In this document: piece after piece, positions 9,645 to 18,786 of the stretch
Position numbering within the stretch: the first letter of the stretch is position 1
Layout: each line of letters starts with the position of its first letter
NCBI GenBank assembly: GCA_963820525.1
Contig: CAWGAA010000003.1
Location: 960,001 to 1,024,000, forward strand
Source of the DNA: an uncultured Spirochaetota bacterium
GTDB lineage: Bacteria > Spirochaetota > Spirochaetia > SZUA-6 > Fen-1364
Direction of reading: 5' to 3'
Length of the DNA stretch: 64,000 bases
Translations under genes and position numbers: made by a program
The notes under the pieces: generated by a model
Database searches by the model: none
What the model saw: the letters and a program-made list of their open reading frames with translations, nothing else
Told to the model about the DNA's origin: nothing

Positions 9645-10565
9645 ATGATGAAGCTGGGATTTGTGAGCGCCATCCTCGCGGAGCTGAGCTTCGAGGAGGT
9701 GGTTTCCTTTGCCTCGGATCACGAGTTCGCCTGCGTGGAGCTCATGTGCTGGCCCAAGGGGAAGGCGGAACGCCGGTACGCCGGGGTCACGCATATCGAC
9801 GTGGAATCACTGGGCGCCTCCGGCGCGCACGGTATCATGAAGTACCTGGCGGAGAGGAAAGTCGGGATCTCAGGCCTCGGCTACTATCCCAATCCCCTCG
9901 ATCCGGATGAGAAGAAGGCGGAGTTCTTCCGGGAGCACCTGAAAAAGGTGATCTCCGCGGCCGCCGCGTTGAAGGTCGGGGTGGTCAATACCTTCATCGG
10001 CCGGGACCAGACCAAGGGCGTGGATGAGAACTTCAGCCGGTTCGCCTCCGTGTGGCCGGGGATAGTGGCCTTCGCGGAAAAACACGGGGTGAAGATCGGA
10101 ATCGAGAACTGCCCGATGTTTTTTTCCATGGACGAGTGGCCCGCGGGCAAGAACCTCGCCATCAGCCCCGCGATCTGGCGGAGGATGTTCGCGGAGATCC
10201 CCTCCAAGAGCTTCGGCCTGAACTATGACCCGTCCCACCTGCTGTGGCAGCAGATCGACTACGTGAAGCCGATAACCGAGTTCAAGGACCGGATATTCCA
10301 CGTCCACATCAAGGACGCGAAGATCAAGAGGGACAAGCTCGACGAGGTCGGAATCCTGGCGACTCCCCTCGAGTTCCACGCGCCGAAGCTCCCGGGGCTC
10401 GGCGAAATCGACTGGGGAAGGTTCGTCTCCGCTCTGAGCGACATCGGCTACGAAGGCCCCGCCTGCATCGAAGCGGAAGACCGCTCCTTCGAGGGGAACC
10501 TTGAGGAACGGAAGACCGCTCTCAGGCTGAGCAATGCGTACATGAGGCAGTTCATCGCCGTGTAG
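9645..10565 (+). CDS. Sugar phosphate isomerase/epimerase-family TIM barrel (AP-endonuclease 2/xylose isomerase-like)
   Basis: [28 protein letters not shown] and CIEAED metal-binding motifs. Confidence 0.88.
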   Translation: MMKLGFVSAILAELSFEEVVSFASDHEFACVELMCWPKGKAERRYAGVTHIDVESLGASGAHGIMKYLAERKVGISGLGYYPNPLDPDEKKAEFFREHLKKVISAAAALKVGVVNTFIGRDQTKGVDENFSRFASVWPGIVAFAEKHGVKIGIENCPMFFSMDEWPAGKNLAISPAIWRRMFAEIPSKSFGLNYDPSHLLWQQIDYVKPITEFKDRIFHVHIKDAKIKRDKLDEVGILATPLEFHAPKLPGLGEIDWGRFVSALSDIGYEGPACIEAEDRSFEGNLEERKTALRLSNAYMRQFIAV

Positions 10566-10710
10566 CGCCCCAGGGAGGGAGCCGGGAGGCTTTCGGGGAG
10601 CGCGGCCGCGACTGCCATCTTGACCGATCGAGGGCGACGGTGAAATAGGGGCAACCCACTGGGCGATCACCGAGCCCCACGCGCGACAAGGCGGGCGAAG
10701 GGGTAAAGGA

Positions 10711-11486
10711 ATGCTTGGAACCGACAGAGAGAGTGAAGGAATACCCAAGTACATACAACTGGCGAAGATACTGAGGGACAAGATCGCGCGGCAGGAGTAC
10801 AAGGCCGAGCAGCAGATCCCGACCGAATCCGAGCTGTGCGATCAGTATAAGGTGAGCAGGATCACCGTCCGTCAGGCCATAAACAGGTTGGTCCAGGAGA
10901 ATTATCTGGACCGCAGGCAGGGAAGGGGCACGTACGTCGTGCACCAGAAGCTGCGGAGGAACATCGCCAAAGTCTACAGTTTCACGCATGACATGGTGAG
11001 CCTAGGTCTCAAGCCCAGCTCGCACACCCTGGAGCTTGAGGTGCAAGAGGCGGACCCGGAGCTGGCCGAAAAAATGAGGCTCCCGGAGAACAACCGTCTC
11101 ATGACCAAGATCCGCCGGGTTCGGTTGGCCAACGGCACGCCGATCCTCGTGGAGACTTCGCTGATCCCGGAGTTCCTCTGTCCCGGGCTGGCGACGAAAG
11201 ACTTGGAGAAAGGCTCCCTCTATCAGATCCTCACCGAAGAGTACCGCGTGCTTCCCCACCACGCGGAGGAGACGTACGAGTCCATCATCATGTCGAAGAA
11301 GGATGCCGAGATTCTTGAATGCGGCACCGGCCGTCCGCGGCCTGCTTTCTCGATTCAGCGCATCACGTACTTGGAAAACGGAGCTCCGATCGAGCTCACC
11401 AGATCCGTCGGCAGGGGGACCTGCTCACGTTGGCGATCAACATGGTGGCGGATAAGGCGGATTTCCAGAGAATCGTGGAGTTCTGA
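10711..11486 (+). CDS. GntR-family regulator, HutC/UTRA subfamily, with a 1-nt frameshift near the 3' end
   Basis: PKYIQL, IPTESELCDQYKVSRITVRQA, QGRGTYV and a UTRA domain. Adding one G to the G5 run at 11414-11418 gives GRGDLLTLAINMVADKADFQRIVEF* ending at 11486. Confidence 0.85.
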
Positions 11487-11607
11487 GCGCGGCGCCAATT
11501 CATCTTCTTCTCCCTCGCGCTCATCAAGGGGATCACTGAGGCGGCCTTTATCGCGCAAGCGGCGCGGGAAAGCCGGACCTCCCGGCCAGGAGAATGGGAG
11601 GCCCCGG

Positions 11608-11739
11608 GAGCCACTTGATGGCCGCGTCGCGGTGGGGGGCTCCCTTGCGCAGGCCGAACGAATCGGAGAGCATGATGAACGTGCCCTGGGTCCCCGGTGA
11701 GGGCGCCCATCCGAAATCGACGTTCGGCGTCAGTTGGAG
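11608..11739 (-). pseudogene. Fragment of a glucose/mannose-type (class II) ABC substrate-binding protein
   Basis: [44 protein letters not shown] resembles an internal segment of Thermus-type glucose-binding proteins; there is no start and no flanking domain. Confidence 0.65.
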
Positions 11740-12070
11740 CGGTGGATGTTGACCGGGATGCTGTAAACCTCTGGTTATGGGCTCCATCTTGTTCGCCACG
11801 ACCCAGGTATCGGCAATGCAACCGTCGCGGGAGACGCCGGCTCCAGGGGAAACACATTAGAGCCTCCAGGCTTAAGGGGAGTGGCAAATGCCCGATGCTC
11901 TCTCAACTGGCTGTCTGCCGCTGCCCACCCTCTCCTATTCTTGTGTGAAATGACCGGAGGGGTTAAGTTCTCATATGCTGGTTGGCGGATGCAGGCTTCT
12001 GGGTTGAGCATGGAGAGCATGGCCATGCCCAGGAGGCTGTGCGGCTTTTTTTATAGCGAAACGTTCTCGT

Positions 12071-12093
12071 GCGCCTGAAGGCGCGGCGAATAA
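12071..12093 (+). repeat. Right copy of 23-bp imperfect direct repeat
   Basis: GCGCCTGAAGGCGCGGCGAATAA; GCGCC-TGAA-GGCGC is a perfect hairpin. Confidence 0.6.
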
Positions 12094-12157
12094 TTTCTAC
12101 TATCAATTGGTGTTGCTCCCGTGCGAAAGCCGTCAAAAGCGAGGACAGGAGGACGCC

Positions 12158-12832
12158 ATGAAAGCAAAGGGCGCTGCAGGGTATGGATACCAGTGGTGGC
12201 TGCGGAAGGACCCACCCCGGTTCGAGGCTCTCGGGCGGGCAGGCCAGAGGATCACGGTCATCCCGCAGCTGGACACGGTCGTGGTATTCACGGGCGGGGG
12301 ATTCGAGCCGGGGGACGTCGGCGCGCTCATCGGGAAGGCGCTGCGCTCGGATCGCCTGATCCCCGAGGACCCGGCAGGCTACGCGATGCTGCAGGCAAAG
12401 ACTGCCGCGGCGGCCGCTGCGCCGGCTGCGCAGCCGGTGCCGGCATTGCCTTCGACCGCTCGAGAGATCTCCGGGAAGCGATATGCGCTGGAGAAAAACG
12501 CCCTCGGTCTCGTCTCCATCGGTTTCACCTTCGACGGGGGTGACACGGCCCGGCTCGACCTGGAAGTCACGGACCGCCGCGAGTCACGGCCGATAGGGCT
12601 CGACGGCGTCTATCGCGTCTCACGGGAAAGTCCCGAAGAGCAGCCCGTCGCGATCCGTGGCGAATGGCTGGGCGAGAAGGAGTTCGGCTTCACCTACAAC
12701 GAGTTCACCACGGCGCAGAACACGATCGCGCGCGCGGCCTTTGCAGCGGACGGCATCACCCTCAAGCTGAGAGACCCCGACGACGACCTGGACATGACGA
12801 TCAGAGGCCATACTGAGGAGCAACTGCGATGA
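12158..12832 (+). pseudogene. Truncated serine hydrolase (beta-lactamase class C-like): C-terminal part only
   Basis: AGGAGG SD and ATG, then almost immediately GYGYQWW...ALGRAGQRITVIPQLDTVVVFTG, the C-terminal strands of the family; no SxxK or YxN motif. Confidence 0.65.
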
Positions 12833-12919
12833 AATAAGTCCGCGTCTCGCTGCTGCCGCAGCCACTGTCAGCTGAGTCCGACAGCGGAGAGTCAGCCCTG
12901 GCCGCCCGGCAGGCCCACG

Positions 12920-13294
12920 TCAACTTCCGGCGGGTTTCGCTACCTGCAACTTCAAGCTGTCAATGTCGACGGCGATATCGAAAACGCGTTCGAGGCGCGT
13001 GATGGAGAAAACGGAGCGGACCTGCTCGTTCATGCCCGCCAGCTTCAACGTCCCGCCCGCTTCCCGCGCGAGCTTGTACCCCGAAACGAGGGCCGCCAGC
13101 CCGGAGCTGTCGATGAAGGAAGTCGCTGAAAGATCGACGAGGAGGGTGCTTCCGCCTTTTCGTACCTGCTCCTTGAAGGCGGTTTTCACTTCGAGCTGGC
13201 TGGCGGCGTCGAGCCGCCCCGTAAGAGTGAGAACCACCACCGACTTCGTCACCTGTTCGGCCGATACTATCATGCTCATGGGACTTGTCTCCAT
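12920..13294 (-). CDS. STAS-domain anti-sigma-factor antagonist (RsbV/SpoIIAA-like)
   Basis: LTGRLDA, VDLSATSFIDSSGL (phosphoacceptor Ser), VFSITRLERVFDI; TAATG overlap with the GT2 stop. Confidence 0.92.
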   Translation of the reverse strand: METSPMSMIVSAEQVTKSVVVLTLTGRLDAASQLEVKTAFKEQVRKGGSTLLVDLSATSFIDSSGLAALVSGYKLAREAGGTLKLAGMNEQVRSVFSITRLERVFDIAVDIDSLKLQVAKPAGS

Positions 13295-15285
13295 TATTGC
13301 ACCTTTGAATCATACGTGGGGAAAAGAAACGCGGGAGGTCTCGGGTTCCATCCCGTGGGCGCCTTGTACAGGGCGGCGCGCAAGATCACCGAGAGTGTGG
13401 CGATATTGTAGATCGCCCATCCGACATTCACAAGAGCTCCCACGTTCGCGGCCTGCGCGCCGATAGCGACCCGTATGACGGTCACCGCGATCGCAGCGAA
13501 GGAGATTGCCACCGTGACTGCCTGCACGCTCACCCGGGAGAGGTAGTTGCCGCTCTGGCGCTGCTTGGGCGTCACCTGGAAATGGACCTTCCTGCTGAAG
13601 ATCGAGCCCAGGACCGCGCGGATCCACAGCGGGAACAGGCACAGGGTGTACTGCTCCGTGCGCCGCGTCGAGAGCCCCGAGGTGACCAGGCGGAACATTA
13701 CCTTGTTCACAATGAAGAAAGGGATAAACCGGATGCCGAAGTCGAGCGTCCAGCCGATCACGGGGGCAATGCCGGTGAGCAGGAAGAAGACCGGAGAAAA
13801 GACGTAGAGAAGGTGGGCGAACCCGCTGAAGTACGCGAAAATGGTCGTGAAGTACTGCAGCCGTTGGGCGAACGAGAGACCCCCACGAAAAAGCAGAGAT
13901 TCGCGGAAAAGAACCTGAAGCGTTCCTTGCGCCCAGCGCAGCCTCTGGGTGAGCGCTGATCCAAGATCTTCCGGCGCGAGCCCGTATGCGAGGATCTCAG
14001 GGTGGAAGACGCTCCTCCACCCCCGGGCGTGCAGGCGGATCGCCGTCGCCATGTCCTCCGTCACGCTGATCGTGGACATGGCATTGACTGCGATCGCCTC
14101 GTTTTCGCGGGCGAGCACCCTCCCTTCCTCGAACCGCCCCGCGAAGGACTCGGGCCCGGCGGTTTCCTTGGCAAGGGTCTCGGAGAGCGAGGGCAGCTCC
14201 TCGAGGATGGAACGGCCGGCCTCCCGCGCCGCCTCGTCCCCCTTTTCGCCGAGCTCCGCCAGCTCGCGGCCGATCACCTCGAGGTTCCTTTCCGCCTGGA
14301 TGCTGTCTGCTCTCTGTCCCCCCTGCCGGAGCGCCTCCGCCGCCTTCTCCAGCGGCTCCCCGGCCGCCAGCATCGCGCGGGCTCGGCGCGCTGCCTCCGA
14401 AAGTACGAGCTTTGCCGCCCTCCCCGCGGTCGGCGTGACACCGGCGCGCCGCGCTTCCTTCCGCATCCGCGCGATGGCCGCTTCCATATCCTTCTCGGCT
14501 TCCTCGGCGTATTCCGCCAGTCCGATCTGCATCAGAGCCTCCCTGCGCAGCACCGCGTTGGAGCCGCAGAAGAAGGCCGCGTTCCATCCGTCCTTCCCCT
14601 GCATGATGGGCCCGTAGAACAGGGGGGCGTCGGAGCCGAAGGGATCCCCGGGAGGCAGGTTGTAGAAGTATTGGGGCGTCTGGACGAAGGCGAGCTTGGG
14701 GTCGCGGAAGTAGCCCATGATCCTCTTGAGGATCTGCGGCGTGGGAATCTGATCCGAGTCGAGAATCAGGATGAACTCGCCGCTTGTCTGGAGCAGGGCA
14801 TTGTTCACGTTCCCCGCCTTCGCGTGGCGCGGCTTGCCCTTCCACTCCTCCCCCCGTGTTATGTACCCGCAGGAGAGCTCCGCACAGAGTTCTTTCATCT
14901 CCGGGCGCGATCCGTCATCGAGGATGTAGACGCGTTTGGGCTCCCAGTCGATGCGCAGAGCCGCCTCCGCGGTCAGTCGGACAAGATCGACCGGCTCGTT
15001 GTACGTCGTGATGAAGACGTCGACTTCCTTGCCCTCGAGGGGCTCGGGCGGTTTTCGCCGCTGGGGTTTCCACATCATCAGGATGAACAGCAGGGAGTCA
15101 ATGAAACTGTAGGTCTCCGCCGCGACGAGGAGCAGGGAGAACCAGACCGCACGAGGATCGAAGTTGAGGCTGGCCGTGTAGCGCCATCCCAGATAGACGA
15201 TCCCCGCGGCAATGTTGGCAAACGCGAGTATGCGGAAGACAAACAGGCGTCGGGCCCGGCGCGTCTCGGAGCGATTCTCATTCAT
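13294..15285 (-). CDS. Cellulose-synthase-like processive GT2 (BcsA/CesA catalytic subunit) without a PilZ domain
   Basis: ITTYNE, LDDG, HAKAGN, LDSD, VQTPQ, FFCGS, TED and QRLRW motifs plus FQVTPK gating loop; TM helices at both ends; no RxxxR PilZ tail. Confidence 0.88.
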   Translation of the reverse strand: MNENRSETRRARRLFVFRILAFANIAAGIVYLGWRYTASLNFDPRAVWFSLLLVAAETYSFIDSLLFILMMWKPQRRKPPEPLEGKEVDVFITTYNEPVDLVRLTAEAALRIDWEPKRVYILDDGSRPEMKELCAELSCGYITRGEEWKGKPRHAKAGNVNNALLQTSGEFILILDSDQIPTPQILKRIMGYFRDPKLAFVQTPQYFYNLPPGDPFGSDAPLFYGPIMQGKDGWNAAFFCGSNAVLRREALMQIGLAEYAEEAEKDMEAAIARMRKEARRAGVTPTAGRAAKLVLSEAARRARAMLAAGEPLEKAAEALRQGGQRADSIQAERNLEVIGRELAELGEKGDEAAREAGRSILEELPSLSETLAKETAGPESFAGRFEEGRVLARENEAIAVNAMSTISVTEDMATAIRLHARGWRSVFHPEILAYGLAPEDLGSALTQRLRWAQGTLQVLFRESLLFRGGLSFAQRLQYFTTIFAYFSGFAHLLYVFSPVFFLLTGIAPVIGWTLDFGIRFIPFFIVNKVMFRLVTSGLSTRRTEQYTLCLFPLWIRAVLGSIFSRKVHFQVTPKQRQSGNYLSRVSVQAVTVAISFAAIAVTVIRVAIGAQAANVGALVNVGWAIYNIATLSVILRAALYKAPTGWNPRPPAFLFPTYDSKVQ

Positions 15286-17623
15286 CGGGTTCAATCCCCT
15301 GAGCCTGTTTTCCCGCAGATGCCACCCGCTTGGAGATACGCCAATGGTTGCTGCATCTCACGCCGTTTTCATGAGAGAGCTCGTCCGTGCATCTCCTGAT
15401 GATGTGCAGCCCATACCCTCCTTCGGGGATGAGATCCAGGTCAGGGGCATGGACAGAGTTAACGTCGAACGGCAGGCCATCGTCGAAAAAGTCGATTGTG
15501 ACCCCCTCGGGCAAAAGCCCGATCTCCAGCCGCACGGCTCCCCGGGTCCCCTGGTAGCCGTGCCGTAGTATATTCGTGACAATTTCCGAGGCTGCCAATT
15601 CGATTTCTCCCGTAAACTTTTCCCCATAGGAGGCGACCGTCTTCGGCACGAAGGCGACGACGTCCTCGAGGGTTTCCATACTGAGGTCAAAGGAGGATAT
15701 GACGCGCCGGGGCAGGGCCTTCAGGACGATCAACGTCACATCATCGGACAGAGGCGCGCCTCCCCGGAACCTTTCAACCTCGTCGAGGATGGACGTCTTG
15801 ATAAGCGACGCCGTCTTCCGCCCATACGCGCACACGATGTTTCGAAGCCTTTCGGCGCCGAAGAGCTTCTCTGCGGGGTCCTGCGCCTCGGAGATACCGT
15901 CGCTGTACAGAACGACGGCATCCCCGGGGAGAAGCACGGTCTGCTCATCCTCCCACTCGCCCGTGGAAAAGATGCCGATCGGCAGCCCCGACGTTTCCAT
16001 CTCTTCGCACGCCCCGGTCAGGTTCCGGTACACAAGCGGCCTGCAACTGCCCGCGTTGGAAGCGATGAGTCGTCCGGAGTCCTCTTCGAGCCGCATGACC
16101 AGCATGGTCACGAAAACCTCCGTTTGGGACAAATCTTCGTGGAGGGCGGCATTGACCTTCGTGAGAATGCGCGCGGGAGAGATCTCATGGGCGCTCTCCA
16201 CGCGGAAAAGCGTTCGGGCCGTCGATGTAAGCAGGGCTGCGGAGATACCCTTGCCGGAGATGTCCCCGAGGGCGATCGTGTGCACTCTCTGCTCCGGCGT
16301 CGAAAAATCGTAGAAATCACCGCTGACGATCCGGGCGGGGAATGCCGCGGCGTCGAAGGAGTATCCTTCGGGGGAGGGGAGACGTCGGGGCAGGAGACTC
16401 TGCTGCACCTGCGCGGCGAGGTCGATCTCCTGTTTGAGCCTCTGCTGGGAGAGCAGCTCCGATTGGGCTTCCTCAAGCTGCCGGGTCCTCTCGATGACCC
16501 CCCGCTCGAGCTTGTCGTTCGCCTCCTGCAGCCATTTCTCGTACTCCTTCTGGGACAGTTCGGCCTTTTTCCTCTCCATCGCGTCCGCTATGAACGTGGT
16601 GACGATTCTTTCGTTGCCCACCTCGACCGCATTCAACCCGACGTCCACGGGGAACTCCGATCCGTTTTTCCTGCGCGCGTAGAGGTCAAGGCCGATGCCC
16701 ATGGGCCGAGGCTTGGGTTCAGCAAGGTACGAGGCGATGTATTTCCTGTATTCCTCCTGGAACCGCTGGGGAAGGATCGCTTCGAGGGTTGCGCCCAACA
16801 GTTCTCCGCGGGTGTATCCGCACATTCTTTCGAGCTCCAGATTGGTGTAGCGGATCACGCCTTTGTCGTCGAAGAGGACGACGCCCACGGGCGCGCTCTC
16901 CATCAAGGAGAGGAAGCGCTGCTCGCTCTCCGTCCGGGCGTCCTCGGCGAGCTTGCGGTACGTGGATCCTGATGCGAACACGGCGCTTGAAACGGTGAAG
17001 GCGAGCGGCGCGAAGTCTACCCAGCTCATATGAAACAGGTAGAAGCTCATGCCGATCCAGGGGAGGACCGCCCCCCAGAGCACGGACCAGAATTGCCGTT
17101 GTTGGAGACGGGGAGAACCGAAGAGGGCCCGGATCAGGAGGATCGTCGCCGCGAGAATGAGGGCATAGGAGTACGCCGCATGAACCCAGTACAAGGGGCC
17201 GTAGACGGCGCGAAGGAATGAGTACGACCCCCGTTGGGCGAGTTCGAGGGAAACGTAGAACCGGCCGTGGCCGCTGTTCGTCCATACGACGGCGTTCACC
17301 ATGAGCGGTTCGATGGCGAACAGGAAGAGACGGCCGGACGTCACCCATCTGTCCCGCTTGAGGTAACTGGCGATGAACAGCAGCCAGAGCGCGGGCGCCA
17401 GCGCGCTCCCCGCGTATTGGAAGTTGGCCCAGAAATGCTTTGACGCAAAGCCGGAAGATGCTTGCTCGAGAATGGTGAAAAAGGTCCACAGGATGACGGC
17501 TCGCAGGAAGGGGGCAAGGTACCGGGAGGGTTGCTTCTTCCTGTGCAGCAATGTGTACAGAAAAACTCCGCAGGCGCTCAGGAACGTGAGAAAGGTGGGG
17601 AAAGTATAGGGCTCAAGCTGCGT
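15278..17623 (-). CDS. Membrane sensor phosphatase/kinase fusion: HisKA_7TM-like - PAS - PP2C (SpoIIE/RsbU) - RsbW-like HATPase
   Basis: Hydrophobic N-terminus with YGPLYWVHAAYSY; PAS RRKNGSEFPV; SGDFYD, GDISGKG, YSDGISE and DDVT; SEIVTNILRHGY, DDGLPFD and EGGYGL. The ORF track starts at TTG 17551, but the frame stays open to ACG 17623 behind a GGGAGG SD. Confidence 0.85.
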   Translation of the reverse strand, partial: TQLEPYTFPTFLTFLSACGVFLYTLLHRKKQPSRYLAPFLRAVILWTFFTILEQASSGFASKHFWANFQYAGSALAPALWLLFIASYLKRDRWVTSGRLFLFAIEPLMVNAVVWTNSGHGRFYVSLELAQRGSYSFLRAVYGPLYWVHAAYSYALILAATILLIRALFGSPRLQQRQFWSVLWGAVLPWIGMSFYLFHMSWVDFAPLAFTVSSAVFASGSTYRKLAEDARTESEQRFLSLMESAPVGVVLFDDKGVIRYTNLELERMCGYTRGELLGATLEAILPQRFQEEYRKYIASYLAEPKPRPMGIGLDLYARRKNGSEFPVDVGLNAVEVGNERIVTTFIADAMERKKAELSQKEYEKWLQEANDKLERGVIERTRQLEEAQSELLSQQRLKQEIDLAAQVQQSLLPRRLPSPEGYSFDAAAFPARIVSGDFYDFSTPEQRVHTIALGDISGKGISAALLTSTARTLFRVESAHEISPARILTKVNAALHEDLSQTEVFVTMLVMRLEEDSGRLIASNAGSCRPLVYRNLTGACEEMETSGLPIGIFSTGEWEDEQTVLLPGDAVVLYSDGISEAQDPAEKLFGAERLRNIVCAYGRKTASLIKTSILDEVERFRGGAPLSDDVTLIVLKALPRRVISSFDLSMETLEDVVAFVPKTVASYGEKFTGEIELAASEIVTNILRHGYQGTRGAVRLEIGLLPEGVTIDFFDDGLPFDVNSVHAPDLDLIPEGGYGLHIIRRCTDELSHENGVRCSNHWRISKRVASAGKQAQGIEPDE

Positions 17624-17714
17624 ATGGCCTCCCGTGCCTCTCCTAGGCTGATTCTCGACTTTGCATGCGCCCGAGTCGTCCGAATCCCGTCACATTTTGC
17701 TCATTTCAAAGTAT

Positions 17715-17730
17715 TGGCGAAATTTCGCCA
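17715..17730. promoter_or_regulatory. Perfect 16-bp palindrome upstream of the phosphatase-GT2-STAS operon
   Basis: TGGCGAAATTTCGCCA. Confidence 0.45.
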
Positions 17731-17806
17731 CAAAGGCAACGCCTCGTCAAGAGGAATGATTATCCTCCAAGAGCCGATCGAAGTCGCACCCCGTCAAGGA
17801 AGAGAT

Positions 17807-18616
17807 CTATTTAATCGTAATGGATTGGCCGTGGATTTCAACGTTTCCGGCGCCGCGGACGATCTCATTGCCCAACTCAATGCAGGTTACGTAGTGGTTG
17901 TTGGTGATCAGCCCCTTTCCGAGGAGATAGTCGAAGAAAGCGCTCAGATTCAGGGGACCCTTGAGAATGGGTTTCCGCGCCACGAATGCGATGTAGTCCC
18001 ATGTATTCGCATTTTGCCCGGAAACGTCCCGATGTGCCTTGAGCACCCACACGTCGTAAGTCGCCCCGCCCAGCACCACGGTGTCCTGTCGGGCGCCCGC
18101 CGGCTGCAAGCCGTTATTGAAGTTCCAGATCATGATCTCGTGCGTGACGCGATCTCTGGTGGCGGGCAGAGCGGAGACGGCCCAGAAAGAGAAAGCCATA
18201 TTGCAGACGCCGTTGACGTCGATGGTGATGTCGAAATCTGCCGTCATGCTTCTCGAGCCGACTCGAAAAGGCATCTGATCCGTGAGGCCCAGAGGTTCAC
18301 TCCAGGGCGAGTCTCCGTAAACAACCTCGGGATACGCCACGACTACGAAGCCGGCCGGCCACGACCATTGCCAGCCAAAAGCTCGCTCGCCTTCCTTCTC
18401 CGACTCGAAGACGAACTGCTCGTGAGGGCCCAGCGCGGCATTCTTGTTCCAGACATTGTTCACGACAACGGACCCGTTCCCGAGCAGGATCTGTCCGCCA
18501 TCTTCCGAAGTCTGCTGAAGAATTCGGCTGCTTACAGGGGGAGTCCGGATGGAGGCGCACCCCGCCAGAAGAACCAGGAAAACCAAAGGCAAGAGGCGAA
18601 TCCACGGGAACTTCAT
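17807..18616 (-). CDS. Glycoside hydrolase family 12 endo-beta-glucanase, lipoprotein
   Basis: AGGAGG SD; LLAGC lipobox; NNVWN, AYPEVVYG.SPW, HEIMIW (nucleophile Glu) and IELGNEI (acid/base Glu). Confidence 0.85.
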   Translation of the reverse strand: MKFPWIRLLPLVFLVLLAGCASIRTPPVSSRILQQTSEDGGQILLGNGSVVVNNVWNKNAALGPHEQFVFESEKEGERAFGWQWSWPAGFVVVAYPEVVYGDSPWSEPLGLTDQMPFRVGSRSMTADFDITIDVNGVCNMAFSFWAVSALPATRDRVTHEIMIWNFNNGLQPAGARQDTVVLGGATYDVWVLKAHRDVSGQNANTWDYIAFVARKPILKGPLNLSAFFDYLLGKGLITNNHYVTCIELGNEIVRGAGNVEIHGQSITIK

Positions 18617-18786
18617 ATTCCGACCTCCTGAATCGCAGGCGTTGCGAGCCTCGAAAAATGGCGGCAATCCCCGTGTCGTATCATCCTTCAGCCCGAGCCT
18701 GCCAGACGCAAATTTCGCGCATCCAAGCCGTGCTCGGCAACTGAACGCTATGCTAATGCGGGGCGGCCGAGGGGGGAGGGCCGGCC

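Noticed and set aside
11487..11700. C-terminal extension of the GntR ORF in the track
   Set aside because: Low-complexity read-through caused by the frameshift at 11414-11418; the corrected gene ends at 11486.
12091..12101. TAATTTCTACT, resembling the Cas12a repeat handle
   Set aside because: Single copy, no GTAGA partner strand, no spacers and no cas genes.
16600..16900. FixL-like heme PAS in the sensor phosphatase
   Set aside because: The expected proximal His position reads EEYRKY, so heme or oxygen sensing is not supported.
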